Shown: positions 48,373 through 60,440 of the stretch, piece after piece
How positions within the stretch are numbered: position 1 is the stretch's first letter
Layout of the letters: the number at the start of each line of letters is the position of its first letter
Origin: an uncultured delta proteobacterium
GTDB taxonomy: Bacteria; Myxococcota_A; Polyangia; Polyangiales; JAFGIB01
Length of the DNA stretch: 64,000 bases
Assembly: GCA_963778655.1 (NCBI GenBank)
Contig: CAVZVA010000011.1
Location: 320,001-384,000 of the forward strand
Direction: 5' to 3'
Position numbers and translations under genes: made by a program
The notes under the pieces: model-generated
The model's database searches: none
What the model was told of the DNA's origin: nothing
What the model saw: the letters and a program-made list of their open reading frames with translations, nothing else

Positions 48373-49161
48373 CTACGCCGTGAGCCGGCGGCGGATCCAG
48401 CGCCGCGCGTAGCCGAGCAGGAGCAACGAGAGCGCGAGGCTGTAGACCACGTCCCAGAGCAGCAAGCCGGCGCTCGGATAGCCGTGGTGCGCACCGTAGA
48501 ACGCGAAACGCGCCAGCCGCACCGGATGCAGCAGCGGCAGCAGCTCGGCCGCCAGCAGCCACACGCCGTGAAAGCGCTCCGCGATCGGGAAGAAGATGTC
48601 GGAGAACAGGAACAGCGGCGTCAGGAAGAGCGTGAAGTAGAAGCTGAACAGGTCCATGTTCTCGACCCGCAGCGTGAAGGCCAGACCGATCGCCGCGAAC
48701 ATCACGCCGGCCAGCGGGATCACCGGCACGATCAGCAGCACGCCCGGAAAGGGCGCCAGCCCGAACACGGCCGTCACCAGCAGAAAACACCCACCGTAGA
48801 TGCCGGCGCGAATCAGCGCCCACAGCAGCTCGCCGAGCAAGATGTCGTCGGGCTCGATCGGCGTGGTGAGCATGGCCGCGTAGGCTTTCTCGTAGTGCAG
48901 GCGCACGTACACGTTGTAGGTCGCCTCGTAGCTGGCGCCGTTCATGGCCGCGACGCACACCAGACCGGGCGCCAGGAACTGGATGTACGTCATCCCGCCC
49001 ATGTTGCTCACGTAGGCGCCCACGCCGAGCCCGATCGACCACAGGTAGAACAGCGGCTCGAAGAAATTCGGCAGGATGTTGAGCTGCCAGGTGCGCTTGT
49101 ACATGGTCGCGTTGCGGCCGCACACCGCGAGCGCGTGGTGCAGCGAGATAGACCGGCTCAT
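48373..49161 (-). CDS. ABC-2 permease (NodJ-like)
   Basis: NFFEPLFYL, YIQFLAPG, AMLTTP...GELLWA, PLFLFSDIFFP. Confidence 0.9.
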   Translation of the reverse strand: MSRSISLHHALAVCGRNATMYKRTWQLNILPNFFEPLFYLWSIGLGVGAYVSNMGGMTYIQFLAPGLVCVAAMNGASYEATYNVYVRLHYEKAYAAMLTTPIEPDDILLGELLWALIRAGIYGGCFLLVTAVFGLAPFPGVLLIVPVIPLAGVMFAAIGLAFTLRVENMDLFSFYFTLFLTPLFLFSDIFFPIAERFHGVWLLAAELLPLLHPVRLARFAFYGAHHGYPSAGLLLWDVVYSLALSLLLLGYARRWIRRRLTA

Positions 49162-50084
49162 GCTCCCGCCCTCAGCGCGGCGCCGGTCTCCGCCAGAAAC
49201 AGATCCTCGAGATTCGCGGGCCGCACCACGAACGCGCGCTCGCTGCCACCGTTCAGGTGCCGCACGCGCTCGACCAGCGGCGCGGCCTGATCGCCGAACA
49301 GGAACAGCCGCGGGCCCGAGCGCAGGGTCTTGACCGCCGTGAGCCCCGCCGTGAGGCTCCGCTCCTCCTCCTCGCTGCAGTCGAGCTCCAGCACCTCGCG
49401 CGCGAGCCGCGCGTCGATCAGCGCTCGCGGGGAGCCCTCGCACACCGCGCGGCCCTCGCTCATGATGAGCACGCGATCGCACAATCGCTCGGCCTCTTCC
49501 ATGTAGTGGGTGGTGAGCAGCACGGTCTTGCCACGGGCCTTGAGCTCCCGAACCTTGTTCCACAGCACCAGGCGTACGGCCGGGTCGAGCCCGGTGGTGG
49601 GCTCGTCCAGGATCAGCAGCTCCGGATCGTTGATCAACGACATCGCGATCGCGAGCCTGCGCTTGAAGCCGCCCGAAAGAGCGACCGCGGGCACCCGGGC
49701 GTGGGAGCCGAGCTCGAACTGCTCGATCAGCGCCTCGACCCGGCGCGACAGCTCCGGCTCGCGCAGCAGGTGATAGTGCCCGAACACACGCAGGTTCTCG
49801 GCTGCGTTCAGCGTCTCGATCAGCACATTGTCCTGCAGCGTGACGCCGAGCCGGCTGCGCACGCGCCGGCCCTCGCTCGCCACATCGAGCCCGAACACCG
49901 TGATGCGCCCCGCGTCCGGGCGGGACACGCCGTAGACCATGCGCAGCGTGGTGGTCTTGCCGGCCCCGTTGGGGCCGAGCAGGCCGAAGCACAGACCCTG
50001 CTCCACGGCCAGGTCGAGCCCGTCGACCGCGATCGCGGAGTCAAAACGTTTGGTGAGGCCCTCGCCTCGAACGACGGCTGTCAT
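49158..50084 (-). CDS. ABC ATP-binding protein (NodI-like)
   Basis: GPNGAGKTT, LSGGFKRR, ILDEPTTGLD, TTHYMEEAE, RPANLED. Confidence 0.93.
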   Translation of the reverse strand: MTAVVRGEGLTKRFDSAIAVDGLDLAVEQGLCFGLLGPNGAGKTTTLRMVYGVSRPDAGRITVFGLDVASEGRRVRSRLGVTLQDNVLIETLNAAENLRVFGHYHLLREPELSRRVEALIEQFELGSHARVPAVALSGGFKRRLAIAMSLINDPELLILDEPTTGLDPAVRLVLWNKVRELKARGKTVLLTTHYMEEAERLCDRVLIMSEGRAVCEGSPRALIDARLAREVLELDCSEEEERSLTAGLTAVKTLRSGPRLFLFGDQAAPLVERVRHLNGGSERAFVVRPANLEDLFLAETGAALRAGA

Positions 50085-50215
50085 GCACGTGCGCGCCACG
50101 CGAGCCGAGGGCCGCGGGCCGGTCAGCCTAGCACGGCGCGATCGGCCACCAAGCGTGTCTGCCACGGGGTCCTGGCGTTGCGGGCGCGGCCCGCGCGTGA
50201 AGGACTGCACGGGTT

Positions 50216-50333
50216 GCGTCCATTAAGCCCTGACCGGGTCGTCTGTCCGACCCGGCGCTCCACGCTAACTATGGATTTTCGCTCGAGTAAGCGCAGGGGC
50301 TGCAGCCCCCGACCGGCATCGTTCAATGGACGC
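50216..50333. repeat. Structured palindromic intergenic element
   Basis: Outer GCGTCCATT/AATGGACGC, inner CCGGGTCG/CGACCCGG (50234-50255) and GGGGCTGCAGCCCC (50296-50309). Confidence 0.45.
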
Positions 50334-50365
50334 GGGTCGCCGCCGGCGGCTATTTTAGCCCCGCG

Positions 50366-51493
50366 ATGTGGCGACGACGATGGGCCATGCTCGCCGCTCC
50401 GCTGTTGCTCGCGAGTCCCGCGAGGGGGCAGCCGAACGGCTCGCTGCAGGAGGTGCTGAGCGTGCACCCCGGCGGCGACGGCTGCCTGAGCGAGGCTGCG
50501 CTGCGCGGGCGCGTCCAGCGCTGGCTCGCGCCGGGCTCCACGCTCGAGCGCGGGGTCACCGTGGTGGTGGACGCCGCGGCGAACCCACCCTCGTTCGTGG
50601 TCGAGCGCGGCGGCGCGGTGGTCGCACAGCGCAGCTTCGCGGTGGTGCCGAGCGCGTGTGCGGATCGGCTGGATGCGCTGGCGCTGGCGCTGGCGCTGGC
50701 GCTGGAGCGCGAGGCGGGGGCGACGCTCAATCCGGACGCGACCGCGGCCCCGGCCGGCGCGCCCAAAGGCGGCGCGGGCGCCGATGCCGGTGCGCCGGAC
50801 GCCCTTGCGCCCGCGGGCCCGAGCGCCTCGGACGGCGTGCAGCCCGCGCCGCAGGCGCAGCAGCCCGCGGCTGCCGCCACCGCGCCCGCAAAGCCCAAGC
50901 CGCCGCCAGCCCCGAAACCGGCAGCCGCCCGGACCCGAGCGGCGCCGGCACCCCACGCGGCGGCCGCTGCGGCGCCTGCGCGCGTCTACCGCTGGCGCCT
51001 GCAGGCCGGGGCCGGATACTGGCTCGAGACGCTGCCCGCTGCCGCGGTCGTCGGCAGCCTGGGGGTCGAGCGGCAGCTCGGCGCGCGCGCCAGCGTGGCG
51101 CTTTCCGCCCTGGGCACGCCGCCCACAACCAGCTCGCGCGGTGGCGTGGCCGCGCAGAGCGCGCTGCTCGGCGGGCGCGCCCTGGCTTGCCTGGGCTTCA
51201 CGCTGGGCGAGCTCGAGCTGGGCGGCTGCGCCGGTGCCGCCGGCGGCGTGGTGCTCGCCGCCGGACGTGCCGACAGTGGCAACCGCAACAGCGGCGCCGG
51301 CTGGCTCGCGGGCGTGGCGCGCGCAGCGCTGCGCTTTCCCGCCCATGGCCGGCTCTCGCTGCGGCTGGCGGCCGATGGCCTGGCCAACGCCCTACGGCCG
51401 CGCCTGGTTGTCACCGGCGTCGACCCCCATACCGCGACCGTGCGCCCGCTCGGCGGCGGGGGCTCGCTCGAGCTGTTGTTCGCGCTACCATGA
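50366..51493 (+). CDS. Exported protein with Pro/Ala linker and probable C-terminal beta-barrel-like domain
   Basis: Signal peptide, Cys pair, alternating Gly/hydrophobic strands at the C-terminus; ATGA overlap with the sigma gene. Confidence 0.65.
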   Translation: MWRRRWAMLAAPLLLASPARGQPNGSLQEVLSVHPGGDGCLSEAALRGRVQRWLAPGSTLERGVTVVVDAAANPPSFVVERGGAVVAQRSFAVVPSACADRLDALALALALALEREAGATLNPDATAAPAGAPKGGAGADAGAPDALAPAGPSASDGVQPAPQAQQPAAAATAPAKPKPPPAPKPAAARTRAAPAPHAAAAAAPARVYRWRLQAGAGYWLETLPAAAVVGSLGVERQLGARASVALSALGTPPTTSSRGGVAAQSALLGGRALACLGFTLGELELGGCAGAAGGVVLAAGRADSGNRNSGAGWLAGVARAALRFPAHGRLSLRLAADGLANALRPRLVVTGVDPHTATVRPLGGGGSLELLFALP

Positions 51494-52098
51494 AGGATTG
51501 CCGGGTGACGGGGCATCAAGTGAGTAGCGACGGGCGCGAGCAAGGGCGGGAAGGTCGCCTGGACGCCGAGGCGCTGTTTCGGGCGCACGCGCCGTTCGTG
51601 GCGGCTTTCTTGCATCGCTTGGGGACGGCCGCAGCCGACGTGGACGATTTGGTGCAGGAGGTTTTCTTGGTCGCGCATCGCAAGGGAGGCTACGTGCCGG
51701 GCGCGGGCCAGCCGCGCACCTGGCTGGCGGCCATCGCCTTGCACGTCGCGCGCTCGGGACGCCGCGCGCGTAGCCGCCGCCGCGACGTCATGGACGAGAC
51801 CGCGCTGCAGGCAGCGGCGTCGGTCGCGCCGGATCCGGCCGAGGCGCTCGAGTTGCGCAAGTCGCTGCAGCGGGTGCAGCGGGCGCTGCAGGCGCTCGAC
51901 CTCGGGCACCGCGCGGCGTTCGTGCTGTACGAGATCGAAGGCGAGCCGTGCGAGAGCATTGCGGCCTCGTTCGGCGTGCCTATCGGCACCATCTACTCGC
52001 GCCTGCACCACGCGCGGCGGCGCTTTCAAGAGGCGTACGCGGTGGCGGCGCAAGACGACCCGGGCGCGCTGCGGCCGCGGCTGGCGGAGGGCGCATGA
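51490..52098 (+). CDS. ECF RNA polymerase sigma factor
   Basis: LFRAHAPFV, DDLVQEVFL, WLAAIA, RAAFVLYEIEG, IAASFGVPIGTIYSRLHHAR. Confidence 0.93.
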   Translation: MKDCRVTGHQVSSDGREQGREGRLDAEALFRAHAPFVAAFLHRLGTAAADVDDLVQEVFLVAHRKGGYVPGAGQPRTWLAAIALHVARSGRRARSRRRDVMDETALQAAASVAPDPAEALELRKSLQRVQRALQALDLGHRAAFVLYEIEGEPCESIAASFGVPIGTIYSRLHHARRRFQEAYAVAAQDDPGALRPRLAEGA

Positions 52099-52913
52099 AG
52101 CCGCCGCCCCGACTGCTCGACAATCCCACGGCCACGCCGGAGCTGCGCGAGGACCTCGAGCGCGCAGCGGCCGCACACGCGGACTACGACAGCGCGGCGG
52201 GGCTTTCGGCGCTGCAGCTGGCGATCGCGAGCTCGGCCGCAGCGCCGACACACGCGCCCGCCAGCGCCGGCACGGGGGCGGCGCACGCGGGCGCGGCCCA
52301 GGCCGGCGCGGCCTCCGGGGCGCTGGCGTCCTCGGGCGCGAAGCTGCTGTTGGCCGCGTTGGGCACGGCCGCAGCGGTGGGCGTTGGCGTCGCGAGCTGG
52401 CCCGCCGCGCGCGGGCCCGCGCCCGCCCCGGCGCGATCCCCGGTGCAGGTAGCCCAGGCGCCATCGGCGGCGGCGGTAACCCCGGCACGCGCGCAAGCGC
52501 CCGCACCCCCTGTCGAGCCGAGCACGCCGGCGCCCGAGCGGGCGGCGCTGCCACTGCCGCGGCAGACGCCCCAGAGCGCGCCCCAGCAAGCGCGGCGCGC
52601 GCACGCGCACGCGGCGCACGCGCGGGCCGGCGGCGGCGACGATGCGCTGCACCGCGAGATCGCCCAGCTCGGCCGGATCAAGGCCTTTGTCGACAGCGAC
52701 CCGGCCGCTGCGTACCGGCTGGCCGAAGCCGGCGACCGCGAGTTCCGGCGCGGCATGCTGCGCGAGGAGCGCGAGGCGCTGGCGGTGCTGGCGCTGCTCA
52801 AGCTGGGACGGCGCGCACAGGCAGAGCGGCGCGCGCAGGCGTTCTTCGCGCGCTATCCGCGCAGCGCGCTGCGCGAGCGCTTGCAGGCCGCGCTGCCCTC
52901 GCCGGCCGAGTGA
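52095..52913 (+). CDS. Probable membrane anti-sigma factor with C-terminal TPR-like domain
   Basis: Coupled to the sigma gene; one TM helix, Pro/Ala linker, F..G.LREERE...FFARYPRS motif. Confidence 0.7.
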   Translation: MKPPPRLLDNPTATPELREDLERAAAAHADYDSAAGLSALQLAIASSAAAPTHAPASAGTGAAHAGAAQAGAASGALASSGAKLLLAALGTAAAVGVGVASWPAARGPAPAPARSPVQVAQAPSAAAVTPARAQAPAPPVEPSTPAPERAALPLPRQTPQSAPQQARRAHAHAAHARAGGGDDALHREIAQLGRIKAFVDSDPAAAYRLAEAGDREFRRGMLREEREALAVLALLKLGRRAQAERRAQAFFARYPRSALRERLQAALPSPAE

Positions 52914-52918
52914 AGCCA

Positions 52919-53317
52919 ATGCGCCGTGCCGGTCCCGCGCTCGTGCTCGCTCTGCTCGCGCTCGGCCCCGCGCTGGCGTGCAGCAGCACCGCCGTCGTGA
53001 GCAACGGCCCCGACTGCACGCCGGCCTGCGCGAGCAGCCAGCTGTGCCATCCCAGCCTGCTGATCTGCGTGGCCTGCATCACCGACGCGCAGTGCAACGG
53101 CAGCAAGCCGCTCTGCGACGCCCACAGCCACGCCTGCGTGCAGTGCCTCGACGACTCCCGCTGCCCGGACGCCACGCCGATGTGCGTGCGGGGAAGCTGC
53201 CAGCAATGCGCACAAGACGCCGATTGCGGCTCCGGTCAGGTCTGCGCGAGCGGCGCCTGCCGGGTACCGCAGAGCGACGACGCCCACAGCGGCGAGGCCG
53301 GCGCCAGCGACAGCTGA
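52919..53317 (+). CDS. Small Cys-rich lipoprotein
   Basis: Lipobox ALAC; repeats CVxCxxDxxC. Confidence 0.75.
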   Translation: MRRAGPALVLALLALGPALACSSTAVVSNGPDCTPACASSQLCHPSLLICVACITDAQCNGSKPLCDAHSHACVQCLDDSRCPDATPMCVRGSCQQCAQDADCGSGQVCASGACRVPQSDDAHSGEAGASDS

Positions 53318-53392
53318 ACGGGCCGGGCAGCGGCCCCGGGACGCTCGAGTCGCGGCAGCAGAAGAGCGCCTGCGCCTGTATGCTTCGGGCGC

Positions 53393-54835
53393 ATGTGGTC
53401 ACTGCACGACAGCCCGTGGGCGGTGCTGACGACGCTGGCGTTGATCGCGGTGTCGGTGGCGGCGTCGGCGCACGCCATTCTGTACAAGCGCGAGGTCCAC
53501 GCCTCGACCTCGTGGGCCGCGTTGATCTGGCTGGCGCCCGGCGTGGGTGCGCTCGCCTATCTGCTGCTCGGGCGCAACCGCATCAAGCGCCGCGCCGCGG
53601 CACTGCGCGAGGGCGCCACGCGCCCGCGCCCGCGCGGCGACGAGCGGCCGCAGCCGCCGCCCGAGGTCGATGCCGTGCTCGAGCCGCACGCGCCGCAGCT
53701 GCGGGAGCTGGTGCGGCTGCTCGACGAGGCCACCGGCCGGCCGCTGCTGCCCGGCAACCGTGTCGAGCCGCTGGTCGACGGGGACGAGGCCTATCCGCCG
53801 ATGCTGGCGGCGATCGGCGAGGCCCGGCGCACGCTGGCGCTGGCGACCTATATCTTCGACACCTCGCCCGTGGGTATGCGCTTCGTCGAGGCGCTGGCCG
53901 CAGCCCAGGGGCGCGGGGTGCAGGTGCGCGTGCTGATCGACGACGTGGGGGTGCACTACTCGTGGCCGGTGGTCGACCACACCCTGCGCAAGCGCGGGGT
54001 CAAGGTGGCCCGCTTCATGCCCGCCTCGCGCGCCGCGTACTTCAACCTGCGCAGCCACCGCAAGCTGCTGGTGGTGGACGGCGCCACCGCGTTCACCGGC
54101 GGCATGAACATCCGCGCCGGGCACGTGCTGGGCGACCGCCCGCGCAGCCCGGTTCAAGATCTGCACTTTCGTCTCGAGGGCCCGGTGGTCGGCCAGCTGA
54201 TGCAGGTGTTCGCCGACGACTGGCGTTTTACCACGCGCGAGAGGCTGAGCGGCGCGGATTGGTTTCCGCCGCTCGCGGCCCGCGGGTCGAGCTTGGCGCG
54301 CGGTATCCCGGACGGACCCGACGAGGACCTCGACATGGTGCGCTGGGCCTTCCTCGGCGGGCTCGCCTGCGCGCGCCGCTCGGTGCGCGTGCTGACGCCC
54401 TACTTCCTGCCCGATACCGCCGTCGCCAACGTGTTCAACCTCGCGGCCATGCGCGGGGTGCAGGTGGACATCGCGGTGCCGCAGCGCGGCAACCTGCCGG
54501 TGGTGCAGTGGGCGATGTGGGGGGACTTTCGCAAGGTGCTGGGCCATGGCTGCCGGCTGTGGCTGACGCCGCCGCCGTTCGACCACTCCAAGCTGATGGT
54601 GGTCGACGACAGCTGGGTGCTGTTCGGCTCGCCCAACTGGGATCCGCGCAGCATGCGGCTCAACTTCGAGCTGGCGGTGGAGTGCTACGACGCGGAGCTG
54701 GCGGCGCGCATGGGCGGGCTGTTCGACGCACGGGTCGCGCGCTCGACCCTGGTCACGCTGGACGATCTCGAGCGCCTGTCGTTGCCGCGGCGTCTGCGGG
54801 ACGGAATCGCGCGCCTGTTCACGCCGTATCTGTGA
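53393..54835 (+). CDS. cls: Cardiolipin synthase
   Basis: Two N-terminal TM helices; two HKD motifs HRKLLVVD and HSKLMVVD; TPYFLPD; GSPNWDPRS. Confidence 0.92.
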   Translation: MWSLHDSPWAVLTTLALIAVSVAASAHAILYKREVHASTSWAALIWLAPGVGALAYLLLGRNRIKRRAAALREGATRPRPRGDERPQPPPEVDAVLEPHAPQLRELVRLLDEATGRPLLPGNRVEPLVDGDEAYPPMLAAIGEARRTLALATYIFDTSPVGMRFVEALAAAQGRGVQVRVLIDDVGVHYSWPVVDHTLRKRGVKVARFMPASRAAYFNLRSHRKLLVVDGATAFTGGMNIRAGHVLGDRPRSPVQDLHFRLEGPVVGQLMQVFADDWRFTTRERLSGADWFPPLAARGSSLARGIPDGPDEDLDMVRWAFLGGLACARRSVRVLTPYFLPDTAVANVFNLAAMRGVQVDIAVPQRGNLPVVQWAMWGDFRKVLGHGCRLWLTPPPFDHSKLMVVDDSWVLFGSPNWDPRSMRLNFELAVECYDAELAARMGGLFDARVARSTLVTLDDLERLSLPRRLRDGIARLFTPYL

Positions 54836-54907
54836 ACGCGCACCCTTGCGCTTCGTGCCGATTTGAGCTCAGCTCAAACCCGCAAAACCCGCGCAGGAGG
54901 AACCGAC

Positions 54908-55816
54908 ATGGGCGTGCTCTCGGGCAAAGTGGCGATCGTGACCGGCGCAGGACGCGGCATCGGCCGTGAGATCGCGTTGATGTTCGCGCAGCAGGGCGCG
55001 AAGGTGGTGGTCAACGACCTCGGAGTCAACACCGACGGCACCGGCAGCTCCAAGGTCGCCGACGAGGTGGTGGCGGAGATCAAACGAGCCGGCGGCGAGG
55101 CGGTGGGCAATTACGACTCGGTGGCGACGGTCGAGGGCGGCCGGGCGATCTTTCAGAGCGCGATAGACGCCTTCGGGGCGCTCGACATCCTGGTCAACAA
55201 CGCCGGCATCCTGCGCGACAAGACGCTCTACAACATGGAGGAGCAGGACTGGGACGCGGTGATCGCGGTCCACCTCAAGGGCCACTACTGCTGCACGCGA
55301 CCTTTCGCCCGCTACCTCAAGGACACCCAGCGCATGGACGGGCGCATCGTCAACTTCTCCTCGGTCTCGGGCCTGTTCGGGAACTTCGGCCAGGCCAATT
55401 ACGGCGCGGCCAAGTCCGGCATCGCAGGCTTCAGCCGCGTGCTGGCCAAGGAGCTAGCGAAGTACCGCTGCACGGTCAACACCATCTCGCCGGGCGCGGC
55501 CACGCGTATGACCATCCCGCTGGCCGAGGCGCGCGGGCAGACGGTCGATGCCAGCGACTTCAAGCGCGGGCCGCAACAGATCGCACCGGTCGTCACCTGG
55601 CTGTGCTCAGAAGCGGCCAAGGACCTCAACGCGCAGATCATCCATGTCTCGCGCGGCATGGTGGGGATCATGCAGCAGCCCGCGGTGATCCGCGCCTTCA
55701 AGTCGGAGACGCTGTGGAGCCTCGACCAGCTCGATGCGCTGATGCCCAAGTTGCTCGAAGCCAAGCGCGAAAACGAGGCCCGCGCCCAGCAACAAGCCGC
55801 GCCCGAGCAAGCGTAG
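54908..55816 (+). CDS. Short-chain dehydrogenase (MFE-2 hydroxyacyl-CoA dehydrogenase-like)
   Basis: TGAGRGIG, VVVNDLG, NNAGILRD, GNFGQANYGAAK; GGAGG RBS. Confidence 0.92.
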   Translation: MGVLSGKVAIVTGAGRGIGREIALMFAQQGAKVVVNDLGVNTDGTGSSKVADEVVAEIKRAGGEAVGNYDSVATVEGGRAIFQSAIDAFGALDILVNNAGILRDKTLYNMEEQDWDAVIAVHLKGHYCCTRPFARYLKDTQRMDGRIVNFSSVSGLFGNFGQANYGAAKSGIAGFSRVLAKELAKYRCTVNTISPGAATRMTIPLAEARGQTVDASDFKRGPQQIAPVVTWLCSEAAKDLNAQIIHVSRGMVGIMQQPAVIRAFKSETLWSLDQLDALMPKLLEAKRENEARAQQQAAPEQA

Positions 55817-55885
55817 GGTTCGCCGGCCGGTCCCTTCGGGCTTTGCTCGATGGGGAGGGGCCGCGGAGCGGCGTGCCGCCCCGAG

Positions 55886-58414
<2,529 letters not shown>

Positions 58415-58614
58415 AGCTTGCTTTCCGAGGCCGCTCCACGCAGTCCCGGGGAAGAGCCTTACCGATGTGATATTTCAGGCGTTTTTCCCCTCCGTGACAG
58501 GCGCGTACCCGATTCGCAAGTGGGTCCGGGCGCGGCCTGCGCCAATGTCCACAGTTGGGGAGGCCTGAAAGGAAGCCGGTCCGCGCTATTGTAGCGTCGA
58601 AAACGAGGGAGAGC

Positions 58615-60210
58615 ATGGATAGCAGACCCAGCCCACCGGCGGATGACGAAGAGCTCAAGCGGGCGGCGGCCAGCGGCATGCAGCTGGCGGTATGGGCGCG
58701 GCGCACACCCACCGCGACCGCCCTGCGGACCGAGGCGACCTGTCGCACCTTCGGGGCGCTCAACGAGCGCGCGAACCGACTGGCGCGGGCGCTTTCGGTG
58801 CGCGGGCTCGCGCCCGGCGATTCGCTGGCGCTGCTGTGCGGCAACCGCCCCGAGTTCGCGGAAACACACTTCGCCTGCATGCGCAGCGGGCTGCGCTACA
58901 CGCCGGTCAACTGGCACCTGAGCCCGGAGGAGGCGGCCTACATCGTCAAGGACTGCGGGGCCAAGGCGCTGATCGCCGATGCGGCCTTCGCGGAGAACGC
59001 CCGCGCGCTGGCCGCGCTCGCGCCAGAGCTCACGGTGCGGCTCTCGATCGGCGGCGAGATCGATGGCTTCACGCCGTTCGAGCAGGCCCTGGCCGAGCAG
59101 TCGGGCGGCGATCTCGAACGGCCCGAGCTCGGCTGGCGCATGCTCTACACCTCGGGTACCACCGGACGGCCCAAGGGCGTGGCGCGGCCCAAGATGTACA
59201 GCGTCACGCGCAGCGCGTCGCTGCAGGCGGCGGCCTACGCGCCGGGCAGCGGCCAGCTCCACCTGTGCACGGGGCCGCTGTATCATGCGGCGCCGCTTGC
59301 GTTCTCGATGATCGCGCCGCTGCACGAAGGCGTGGGGGTGGTGTTGATGGAGCGCTGGGACGCGGAGCACGCGCTGCAGCTGATCGAGCGCCATCGCATC
59401 ACGCACACGCACATGGTGCCGACCATGTTCCATCGCCTGCTGCGCCTGCCCGACGAGGTCAAGCGCCGTTATGACCTCTCCTCGCTGCGCTACGTGATCC
59501 ACGGCGCGGCGCCCTGCCCGCTGCCGATCAAGCAGGCCCTGATCGAGTGGCTGGGACCGATCGTGTGGGAGTACTACGCGGCGACCGAAGGCGCGGGCAC
59601 CTCGGTCGGCCCCCAAGAATGGCTGAGCAAGCCCGGCACCGTCGGCAAGCCACCGACGCCCGACCACCTGCGGGTCCTCGACGAGCAGGGCAACCCCTGC
59701 CCGACCGGGGAGGCCGGCACCGTGTACCTGAAGATTCTGCGCGGCCTGGAGTTCGAGTACCACGGCGATCCGGAAAAGACCCGGCGCGCACGGCGCGGCG
59801 ACTATTTCACGCTCGGCGACGTCGGCTACCTGGACGACGACGGGTATCTCTATCTGACCGACCGCAGCGCGAACCTGATCATCAGCGGCGGGGTCAACAT
59901 CTACCCGGCCGAGATCGAAGCGGTGTTGTTGCAGCACCCCGCGGTGCAGGACGCCGCCGTGATCGGCGTGCCGAACGAAGAGTGGGGCGAAGAGGTCAAG
60001 GCCGTGGTCGAGCTCGGCGCGGGCCGGCGCGGCGACGCGGCGCTCGCCTCCGAGCTGATCGCGTTCTGCAGGGAGCGGATCGCCCACTACAAGTGCCCGC
60101 GCACGCTCGACTTCGTGACTGCGCTGCCGCGCCACGACAACGGCAAGCTCTACAAGCACAAGCTGCGCGAGCAGTACCGCAACGACGCTGGCGCGAGCCG
60201 CAGCCCCTGA
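58615..60210 (+). CDS. Acyl-CoA synthetase (AMP-binding)
   Basis: [44 protein letters not shown]. Confidence 0.93.
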   Translation: MDSRPSPPADDEELKRAAASGMQLAVWARRTPTATALRTEATCRTFGALNERANRLARALSVRGLAPGDSLALLCGNRPEFAETHFACMRSGLRYTPVNWHLSPEEAAYIVKDCGAKALIADAAFAENARALAALAPELTVRLSIGGEIDGFTPFEQALAEQSGGDLERPELGWRMLYTSGTTGRPKGVARPKMYSVTRSASLQAAAYAPGSGQLHLCTGPLYHAAPLAFSMIAPLHEGVGVVLMERWDAEHALQLIERHRITHTHMVPTMFHRLLRLPDEVKRRYDLSSLRYVIHGAAPCPLPIKQALIEWLGPIVWEYYAATEGAGTSVGPQEWLSKPGTVGKPPTPDHLRVLDEQGNPCPTGEAGTVYLKILRGLEFEYHGDPEKTRRARRGDYFTLGDVGYLDDDGYLYLTDRSANLIISGGVNIYPAEIEAVLLQHPAVQDAAVIGVPNEEWGEEVKAVVELGAGRRGDAALASELIAFCRERIAHYKCPRTLDFVTALPRHDNGKLYKHKLREQYRNDAGASRSP

Positions 60211-60391
60211 GCCCGGGCGCCTCACCGCATCTGGCGGTGAACGGATTGCCCGCTTGATCCGCCGCGATGAACCCGGGTTGGGCCCAGTTGCCCATCATCA
60301 TCAACGTGCGGATCTGCCCGCCGGCGTCATCGAGCTGGTTCAATACCTGGCGCGGCATTGCCGACACCGGCTGCAGCGGTGCGTCGTCGCC

Positions 60392-60440
60392 AGCGAAGCT
60401 GCGTACTGGAGTGTGGTGCTGGTGCTGCTGTAGCTTCGCT
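60392..60440 (-). terminator. Hairpin immediately downstream of the kinase stop codon
   Basis: AGCGAAGCT (60392-60400) pairs with AGCTTCGCT (60432-60440); large loop and no U-tract. Confidence 0.3.
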
